64,000 nucleotides of DNA from Raillietiella orientalis (lineage: Eukaryota): positions 620,001 to 684,000 of the forward strand of contig JAYWIR010000049.1 in NCBI GenBank assembly GCA_036172245.1. Direction: 5' to 3'. Each line of letters opens with the position of its first letter. Position 1 is the stretch's first letter. The notes beneath the pieces are model-generated. The model made no database searches. It worked only from the letters and a program-made list of their open reading frames with translations, and was not told the origin of the DNA. This document shows, one piece after another, positions 1 to 8,949 of the stretch. A program made the translations under genes and the position numbers.

Positions 1-560
1 CTCTTCTCCTGTCGGAGATTTCCCATCCCAGGAAACCTTCCATCTAACCACAAGGCTGCTGCCCATGTATTCCCTCAGGGAGGCAGTGCTGCGGCAAGGG
101 AGATTCTTCCTGCCTACGCATCCTTCTCGGGATGTTCAAGGATCTCCAGGAGCGAGCAGTTGTTATGGAAACAGTACAGCGTCTGCTGTGCTTGTTCTGG
201 GCATCGCTCTTGCTTCATCGTCCACATGCGGACGGTTTCCTGTAGCCAGGCACTACCGTTTTCTCGGGGCGGAAGATCTAGCTGTTGGTTCTCGTCAGGG
301 TTGCCTCTAGCCGGTGCCGCAGTCTGCAGTAGGATAGGCTGCATAGACGGCGTGTAAGGAAGGGCGCGAGTCCCATGCTGTCGATGGCCTGCTGGGAGCG
401 GCGGTTCGCACCAGGTGGTACTCCAGAGTTTTGCCACGAGGGCGAGGATCCGAAATTGAAGCTGCTGCAGCTCCCTTTGTTCCAGCATCAGGAGGCCGAG
501 ACTGCCGTCCCGGAGCGAAGCACACAAGTCCTTGAGGCTGATGCGGGACCTCGGAGCGGG
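1..560 (-). mobile_element. Decayed L1/Tx1-like LINE fragment (ORF2 C-terminal region)
   Basis: Minus-strand translation SRISLKDLCASLRDGSLGLLMLEQRELQ matches SRVLLKDLCAPRRNGSLGLSTLEQMERQ at 22885-22975. Downstream DNA also aligns (agcactgcctccctgagggaatacatgggcagcagcc vs agttctgccctccctaagggaagcaaggaacagcaacc near 23335). Confidence 0.7.
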
Positions 561-2539
561 GCTCCTCCGTCTCCTTTCTTCCTTGCCTCTTTTTCTTCCT
601 TTTTTCTTTGCGGAGGGAGGAGGAGGAAGGGAGGGAGGAAAGATAGAGATGGCACCTTTGCTCGGTATCTTCCCTGTGGCAACAGCAGACCCTACCCCAG
701 TAACACGGGACTTCTTGAGGCGCCGGGCTGCCTGCAGCTCCGAGTCCACTGTAGAGATACTCCAGGTCGGCTTTGGAACGACTCGTTCCCCTGGAAACCC
801 CCCAGCGCTAAAGAGAGCAACGAGACGATCTTAGCGTGGAAGGAGGGCAAGCAGGAACCCTCCCGCATCTCCGACGGGATGCAGAGACCTGGAACATCCC
901 ACTGCCCTTGCTGGGTGGATTCCTCCGCTCACGAGGAGGAGTCCCCTCTCCTGACTTCGCAGGGGCTGGCATCCCTCCCTGGACTCCCTGGACTTAGTCC
1001 TAGTCCTCCTCGCTGGATGCTCGGGGCACCTGCGAAGGGATCGCCTGCGGCTGCTACTCGGTCTTCTCTCCCGAGACTGTTCCTGCCGGGGCGGCGGCCT
1101 CGTCCTCCTGCGCCCGCGACTTCCCGCTCGACGGCGGCGCCTCCTTCCTGTGGTCGAAGCCCCGTGATCACGCAATCCCGTGCGCCAGATAAGATAACGG
1201 GACGGAGGCCAACGGATTGACTCGGGATCGTTCATCTAACTGCTGTTCCAGCGCACTTGCCAGGGCGCGCGCGTCCTCCTAGTGCGTTCCTGCTGTTTCG
1301 ACTGTACTGAACGGCCTCCGTCCTTCCGTTTCTTCTTCCTCCTCTGCCGCCCTTCCCCCTGAAATCCTCAGCTCTTTGGACACCCTGTTCTCTCCGGCCA
1401 TCGTTGTTGGCGGTAGCGCCTCGTCTCCTCCCTGTTATCGCCAAGGGTGGCTCCAGATAAAAGCGCGGTTGGAATTCCAAACCTGCGCAGAGGCACTTCG
1501 CCTGGAGTACTCTACCCGAGATAAGGAAGAGATTTATAGAGGCAGCTCGTCCCAGGATCTGCCCCTTCCCCCTTTTCGAAAGTGCGATCGGTCCCGGAAG
1601 CCCGACCCTGCCAAGGAGGATGCGCCGGAACGTGGAAGATCAATGACTGCGCAGCGCCGCAGCCGCCCCCGCCTGCCATTCTTCCGCCGCGATCAGTTGG
1701 GCAGATTTCGCCTCAGGTTAGTGACGCGCACCCGGTTTCCTTGACGACCAAACGGGGCGGGGTGGAGTTGTGGGAAAAGAAAAGCGGGGGAAGAAGTCTT
1801 CCGTCCCAGGAGCCGGGAGCTTGCTGCCGCGTGTTTCGTCTGCGTCGTGGCCTTCGATCCGGCCTGAGCCTCTGCACGGAGGAGGCATCGCCATTCCTCT
1901 CGGGAAGCAGCTCCGCATCTCCTTCGCTAGGAGCACGCAGGCGCACACGCCGACCTCGCCCCAGCACCTTTCAGCATGGCGTGGCAACCCCGACCTGATC
2001 TGACCTGACCCGGAAACCGCGCTCACGCGATCCTACGGGGCCGCCACCGTGAATGACCTCTTTCGCATCCACTGCTTGGCATCCGATGGAATTTGGGCCG
2101 ACTGCCCGAGGGCACTCCGTGCCGGTGCGGCCTTGCGCGCCGGACCGAGGAGGTCCGCGCTGGCGGCCGTGAGGCAGCTGCGGCCTCCTCCGGCGTTACA
2201 CCAGGCGCCGTGGATTCGAATCTTTCTCGGAGAGGGATGGACGCCAAGAAATGGGGGTGGTGCGTCGTGGAGTTCGGGTCCCTACTGCAGGATGGCGCTT
2301 GTTGACCTCGGATGGCTTCACGTGCGGCACTGGAGGTAGCAGCCGGATGCTCATGTTGACCGGGCAGGACTGGAAGTCGACCCTCTGCGATCCTCCCAGC
2401 CAAGGAGCTTTCGAGGAGCCCCCCTCCGGTTGTGGAAATGGAGACATCTCCCCTTGGGTAAACCTACCATCGCGTACCATGGAACTGGTTCATACCCCTC
2501 TCAGGGGGTTGCCTCACCAGAATGTCCGAGGAGCCCGCT

Positions 2540-2810
2540 GCTTCCTTCGGGGTTCTCTTCAGAGGGAAAGGAAACCAGGAGTGGTTCCCATGCAGGTTCT
2601 CTCCGAAGAAGAAATGCCAGGAGCAGGTCCTCTCCAGGTTCCCTCCGAAGAAGAAGTGAGGAGTGACCCCCCCTGGGAGGTCCCTATGGAGCGAATAAGG
2701 AAAAGGTTCCCTTGGGGGCTCCCTTCGGAGATTTCCTGCCAAATGCAAGAGGAACGGGCTCGTTCCTCTGAAGCCTTTCTGGATTCATAGAGTGGTCCTT
2801 CCCTGGGCAC
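2540..2810 (+). repeat. Dispersed repeat family R1, copy 1
   Basis: ccttcggggttctcttcagagg ... gaggaacgg ... ctggattcatag is shared with 37845-38095. Contains an internal tandem duplication of caggttcYctccgaagaagaa. Confidence 0.7.
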
Positions 2811-2829
2811 TCCCTACAACATGAAGAGT

Positions 2830-3990
2830 CATGCATCCCCTCGAATGGCGTGGACGGCGTCCAAGAGTCTCGTGAGCCCCTCCCTAAGGGAGCGAGACTG
2901 GTTCTTGAGTGCCTTGCGGACCGAACCAAAGACAGACCGCGGGTTCCCGGCGTGCTCCACAACGGCTTTCCGACTCCGACCGGACCTTTGGCAGCGAGGT
3001 GGCGGTTCGGAGGGAAGAAGATGTCGGTCTTCGGTGGCTGGGAGCAGCTCCTCCAGAGAGGTCTGCGCTCCCTCTGCCCGCCCGCGCGTTTGATCCTTCG
3101 CGCTACGCCTCTCGCGGGGTACACGGTGGTCTTGGACTTCTTCGGCTGCACCCCCCGACTACAGGAGGAGACTCGCGGAATGGGCGGACGTACCCTGCAT
3201 CCACGGAATGTCCAGAACGGACCACCCGAAGGGTGGAGGCGCGCAGATCGAAGCCATACCGGGGTCCAACTGCGTCCCATTCCTCGTGGGACGTCCCTCA
3301 AGGGGCTGGAAGCTTCCCGCTCACTTGACACAGTCTTTTCCTTCTTCCCCTCAGCCGAGCTGCCTCCTTCGCCCCTTGCGCACGCAGGAAGCCTCGTGGA
3401 AGCTGAAGGATTCCACATCTGCTCGCGACGATGGACCAGCGGAAGATATTCAGCATCGCTTCCTCCGTCGAAAGAGGTACGAATTTCAGGAGCCCCTCAT
3501 GAAAGCCTCCCAAACATCCCGTCGCTCGTTTCGAAAATCCAAAGATGCTTCTGCGGGCTGTTGCCGGAGCGGGCGTTTGAAATTGATCGCGAGGAGAGAG
3601 ATGACGGTGGGGAGGTGGCGATCGTGGGTGGCGGCGTGAGGGACTCCCGAGGCCAGCTTCTCAGCAAGGGTTCCGTTTTGGTCTTTCAGACCCCGCGTCC
3701 ACCGTTCCGGGGGGGTCTTGCAAGCCTTCCTCTACCTTCCTTCCGGTTTCCTAGCTTGGATGGAGAGGCAACAGCTGACCCATCACGTAGGTGGGATGTC
3801 GAACGCCGGAGTCATCCACATTGCTTCTGGATCTGCCATCTTCCATCCGGAGTAGGGAGAGGAGTTCTCAGCTCTCCTTAGTCGTCCAGAGACCTCCTCC
3901 AATGAATAGGGGTCCGTCTCTAGAAGAGGCGCTTCCGGGAGTGCATGCATCCTCGCCAAGAAATCCCAATCCGTCCCAACAACCAAAAGG
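2830..3990 (-). mobile_element. Highly decayed LINE reverse transcriptase fragment
   Basis: RT-like remnants in the expected order across frames: YSLEEVSGRLRRAENSSPYSG (cf. IxxEEV..KSPGxDG), ERWTRGLKDQNGTLAEKLASGV (cf. WRPISLLNxDxKILAKxLAxRL), LDFRNERRD (cf. LDFEKAFD), PRGMGRSWTP (cf. RGVRQGCPLSP). Confidence 0.5.
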
Positions 3991-4014
3991 GGAACGGACG
4001 CAGTTTTCTGCTTG

Positions 4015-4200
4015 ATTTTTGCTTAAACTTTCTCTCTGTACTCTTTTTCTTCCTCTTCTTCTTCTGCCTCTTCTTATTCTTCTTCCTCCTCTTCTTTTTC
4101 TTCTTCTCCTTCTTCTTCCTCTACTTCTTCCTCCTCTCTCTCTTCTTCTTCATTTTTTTCTTCCTCTTTTCTTCCTCTTCTTCATCTTCTTTTGGCTTCT
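4015..4200 (+). repeat. Degenerate (CTT/CCT)n polypyrimidine tract
   Basis: About 185 nt of almost only C and T. Confidence 0.9.
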
Positions 4201-5212
4201 GGTTAGCACTACTCGTTTCTCTACGTCCGTCTTTGCTCTCACCCTTCCGTGCTCAGCGACCTCAGGTGCTCGCAGGCGAGCAACGCTCTCGATGAATCCG
4301 GTCTGCTGGTTGCGTAGCGACGGATTTGCCGTGTTGGTCCGTCTCGCACCGCGGACTCGCACGTCGGCGGACATCGCACGCGGGACGGGGACGGAGCTCC
4401 CGGAAAAGGACCCACGGGCTCAGTCGGTGACTGAAGCGCGCGCGCAGATGGAAACGCCTCATGCGGGCCAGCAGGCGGAAGAAGGCTCCAGATCCAGAAG
4501 CACCCGCTCCTCGGTGATTGCCCTTGGGCTCCTCCCGATGGCGACAACGAGGCGCTGGCCTCCGCGCAGGGCGGAAAGAGGAGTGCGCAGGAGCGGCGTC
4601 GCTCGTGCGCGGAGTCGACGCGAGCCGAGACGACGTGTCGGAACGCCTCGTCTCCCATCTTCGGTCGGCAGCACGCGGTCTCGAAGCAGCGGTGGAGGCC
4701 TCGCGTCGTCATGACGCCAGCGGTTCGAAGTGCGTCGACTCCTGCGCGGGCTGGCAAGGCTCCGCATGACTCTGCGCCGCGCCCCTCCCTCTTGTGCTTG
4801 GACACCTCCTCCACCCCTCCCCCTCCTCTTCCTCTTGAGGAGTAGGAAGCCTGGAGTAGACCAGCGGACCCGAAAACCGGGGACGGGATGGAGTGAAGCG
4901 GAGGCAGCCGTTTACTGCCCCGGAGGGAGGTGAGCCAGAAGCGACCCATTGCTCTCGCTCTCCGGGGCGCGCGCAGGAGGTAGGCAGATCCTCGCGTGCC
5001 GTGCGACTGCAGCGCAGCGTTGCCCTGCCGCTTGTCGGCTGGCGCCCCGCTTCTCGGGGCTGGGCAACACCTGGGAAGGGGAGGGATGATGATGTAGGCA
5101 GGGCCGGAGTCAGCCGCAGGTGATCAGGGGGGAACGCTCCGTGGCTGCTACCTCTCCCTCCCACGTTGCGGTCTGCCCTGCCGCCGTTGCCGCTCACCCG
5201 CCCGCCTCTCAG

Positions 5213-8200
5213 GAGACGCCCTTGGAGGCGGACTGCAGCCCAAGGACGGAAGGGAGGCGTCGCCCTCGCTCAACATCACGAGGAGGAGGAGGAGAAGGTT
5301 CTTCAGCGGTGCCCTGCGGGAGGCCAGGCAGAGGTACCGGCTTTACTGGTCGGACGTTCGCGACGGGTGGAGACTCTGCGTCCTCTCCACGGTGCTCTTC
5401 CTGTACTTTGCCTGTCTCTCGGATGCCATCACCATGGGCGAGCTGTACAGTAAGGGTCCCCCTGTAGCTTCCTCTGTGGCCCGCTGCATCTTCCCTCAGA
5501 GGATAAGACGGGCGGATGGATCGGGGAGTCGGAAGCCATCCTGGGAGGCGCAGTGTGCGGAGCGGTGTTCGCCCTGCTGTCGGCGCAGCCGCTGACCATG
5601 ATCGCCCAGGTCACCTCGGGACTCCTGTTCGACGGGAGCCTCTTCGCGGTGAGTGCCTCTGACACGGACAGCACTCGCCGCTTCCCGTGCAGTTCTGCGA
5701 GAAGATGAAGGTCGACTTTCTGTCCGCGCGCGTCTGGATCGGTGTCTGGACGTTCTTTTTTGCGCTCGTCGTGGCATGCCTGGAAGGAGGACTGTTGATC
5801 CGCTTCTTCACCCCCTTCACAGAGGACGTCTTCATGGTCTTCGTCTCCGCGTTTTACATCAAGGAAGGCTTCCGCAAGCTGGGAGACGTGAGTGCGCCGC
5901 TGACGGCTCGCCGAAGCCTCCAGCCCTTCCTCTTCAGGTCTTTGTCGCCCACCCCCTGCTCCCTGATTACTGCAACGGGAGCAGAGATGCGGAAACGGGA
6001 GCCACGGCCCTGGACGGCAGGTACTTGGTCTTCCCCTTCCATCTCCTCTTCTTTTCTGCGTCTTCCTTTCCTCCTCCTTCTCTTCTTTACTCTGTCCTTC
6101 TATTTCTTTCCTCCTTCTCCTCGCTTTCCCTTCATCCTTCTAATTCTTGCTGATTCCCCTTCCCTTCATCTTACTGCGTTTTTCTCTTTTTTTTTTTCTT
6201 CTCTGGAGGGATCCGCAAGGGAACCGCTCCTGTTCGCTCCTCTGAAGAGAACCCCGAAGGGATGCTTCCGAAATTCGGAAGGGGCGCTGCAGCTTCCCAC
6301 AGGGGATCGCTCTCGCTTGCTTCGTTGCACTCTGTGAAGAGGCGACGACTTGGAGGGTCCCCCCCGCAACGGAGAGGGTCCGCTCCTTTGAACAACTGGA
6401 GAGGTGCCTGTGAAGGCTCCTGCTCCATCTTGAAACCGGAGGGGTTCCCCCGGTGAGAGGGGTCATTGTACTCTCCGTTGTACGACAGGAGGGAGAACTC
6501 TCCACTCCTTGATTCCTGGAAGGACCCAAAGGTCGACTCCCATTGTTCTGGCTTTCATTGGGGGCCTCCGGATTTTAAACTAAGCTGCCGGTGTCACATC
6601 CGAATGTTTCGGCCAAACAGCGCCATTGCAGGAGAAACTCGAAACGCAACGACGCAATGGCGTCAGTTTCTGCCGGAGTATTCGAACCCGCGACGCATGG
6701 TCCCACGCGCGGAAGCCTTAACCACAAAGCCTCCGACTCGGCGTTTTCCTTTTCCATCTCCTCTTTTCTTCTCCTTGGCTCTTTTATGCTCCTTTCTTTC
6801 TTTTCCTGCCCCTCTTTCTTCTCCATCCTTCTGTTCCCTTGCTCCTCCACTTCCTCCTTTGCTTCCCTTCATCTTCTCCGCCTCCGCTTTCATTCTTCTT
6901 CTGCTCCTCTCCCCTCCTTCTTCTTTCTCCTCTTGTTCCTTTCCTTTCCTTCTTTCTGTTTCATCGTCTGCTTCCTTCTCTTCTCTCCATGTTCCTTGGT
7001 CTTGTTCGTCTTCCTCCTCCTTTTCTCTTTTTCTTCCTCTTCTTCTTCCCTTCGTGTTGCTCCTCCCCCTACTCTGCCTCCCGGCCGACTTGATCCCTCG
7101 TTCCGCCGCACCCCTCTGCCTCTCTGCGGCGGTAATCCTCGATCCTCGCTGTTCTCCACCGCGCTTTCACCTCCCTCCACCTCACTGCCATTTTACCCCT
7201 CCCACTAACTTTACTGACCGGAAAGAGGTCTGGCAGAATTCCACCTGCGCGGCCAACCCAACACGGCGCTTCTGTCAACCCTGCTGATGCTGGCGACGAT
7301 CCTGCTCTCCCTGGTGCTGAGGAGCACGCGAGGCAGCACCCTGTTCAACAAAAAGGCAAGCCTCTCGCCCCTCCAGGAGCATCCAGCCCGGGGTTGCGTC
7401 CTCCCCTCGACCTCCTCTCCTCGTTTTTCTCCCTCCTCCTCGTAGATCCGAGACTTCCTGGGGGACTTCTCCACGCCCCTGTCCATTGCCGCCGCAGTGG
7501 GCGTGTCGCTGGCGCTGAGGACAGTATACCTGGAGACGTTATCCATCCCCGAAGGTCTCCAGCCTACGGCTTACGGACAGAGGTCCTGGATCGTGTCACC
7601 CTTCGGAGGCGGAGACGGGCTGCCCTTCTGGGTCTATCTGGCGGCTCCCGTCGCGGCGCTGCTCCTCTTCGTCCTCCTCTTCCTGGAGACGCAGATCACG
7701 GAGTAAGCGGAACTGGCGCTCGCGGGCAATGGCTGTTACCTCGCCTCCAGGCTCATCGTGCACGACAGGTGCCACCGCAAGGGCTCCGGGTTTCACCTGG
7801 ACATGGTGGTGGTGGGGGCGCTCAACGTCCTTTGCGGTTTCTTCGGTCTCCCCTGGATGTGCGGCCTGCCCATCAAGTCCTTGGCCCACGTGAACTCCCT
7901 GGTGGTCCACTCCGAGGTGCACCTACCCGGTGACACACATTCCGTCCAAATCACAGGTACCTCCGTGGGAGCGCGCAGGCGTAGGCTCCTAGAGTGCCGA
8001 AGGACTTCCTTTGTTCCCTTGCATCTCCTTCTGCCTCCTCTTCTCCTCCTTCTACCTCTCCTTCTACCTCTCCTTCCACCCCTTCTTCTTTTCCTTAAGC
8101 CTTTTCTGCCTCTCATTCTACCCCTTCTACCTCTCCTTCTGCTTCTCCTTCTGCACACGGGGACCATTGCTGTTTCCATTCGCCCAGACCAGAGGGTGAG

Positions 8201-8892
8201 CAGCTTCTGCGTCAGTCTGCTCGTCGGGCTGTCCATCCTCATGAGCGACGTCCTGCAGAAGATACCCACGGCTATCATCTTCGGCATCTTCGTCTACATC
8301 GGGCTGATCAACCTGCTGGACATCCAGCTCTGCCACAGGCTGAAGCTGCTCATCACCGCCAGGGATCACTACCCGGAGACCGCCTACACCAAGAAGGTAG
8401 CCTTTGGGCTACGCCCCTGCCCGTCCCCTACCTCACGGGTCGGCGCCCTGGCTGCAGGTGAAGCCTTGGCGGATGCAACTCTACACCGCCATACAGGTCG
8501 TCGGCTGTGCCATGCTATGGCTGGTCCAGGAGTCGCCGGTGGCCTTCGTGCTGCCCTTGTGTCTCCTCCTTCTCATCATCGCCAGGAGGCTGCTGGGGTT
8601 CTTCTTCTCCGAGGAAGAGCTGCAGGCCGTAAGACGCGCGTGGCCCGCTCCGGACGGCGGCTCTAAGCGAGAGCAGGGATACAGACGTGGGGAGGAGGTC
8701 GCACACGCGCATGTCGAATCGCGCAGGCGGGCGACGCAGCCGCGGGCGTCATCCGCAGCGTCGCGCTTGCCCGGCGCCACCTCCACCCTTTTGGCCTCGA
8801 GAGCCCCGGTTGGCGGCGCCACCAGGCGACGCTGCCCTTCCCGCACCCGTCTCTTCCCTTCTTCCTGCTTCCAGCTGGATTCGAGGAGCTGA
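5213..8892 (+). CDS. SLC4: SLC4 family anion exchanger / band 3-like bicarbonate transporter, membrane domain (5' end unresolved)
   Basis: Exons 5213-5449, 5500-5648, 5693-5887, 5938-6020, 7226-7355, 7446-7702, 7751-7956, 8188-8396, 8458-8628, 8875-8892 splice in frame. Protein has YWSDVRDG..VLFLYFACLSDAITMG, AQPL, RVWIGVW, PNTALLS, GDFSTP, FLETQIT, KGSGFHLD, GLPW, QRVS, FGIFVYIG, VKPWRMQLYT, EELQALD, all collinear with AE1. Stop is TGA at 8890-8892. Confidence 0.93.
6200..6425 (-). repeat. Dispersed repeat family R1, copy 2 (inside SLC4 intron 6021-7225)
   Basis: Reverse complement closely matches 37725-37905 (e.g. gggaaccgctcctgttcgctcctctgaagagaaccccgaaggga). Abuts a T-run at 6180-6200. 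Confidence 0.85.
6540..6742 (-). mobile_element. tRNA-derived SINE or tRNA pseudogene (tRNA-like head 6742-6672)
   Basis: Minus strand reads gccgagt..tgtggttaaggc (A box) .. gcgggttcgaatac (B box) tccggc with complementary ends. There is no clean anticodon arm. The 3' extent is approximate. Confidence 0.6.
6745..7205 (+). repeat. Long polypyrimidine low-complexity tract in SLC4 intron
   Basis: About 450 nt strongly C/T-rich. Similar tracts occur at 6030-6200 and 8005-8150. Confidence 0.85.
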
Positions 8893-8949
8893 GGTCGCCA
8901 TGAGGACGGTCATCGACCCCCAGAGGACTGCCGGAGCCGGATGCCCGAC

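Noticed and set aside
65..5200. Numerous overlapping ORFs on both strands, including poly-Phe/Leu/Lys ORFs
   Set aside because: Expected from high GC and low-complexity tracts. No coherent domains beyond LINE remnants.
7793..8287. Protamine-like Arg-rich ORF on the minus strand
   Set aside because: It is the antisense reading of the SLC4 exons and the intronic pyrimidine tract.
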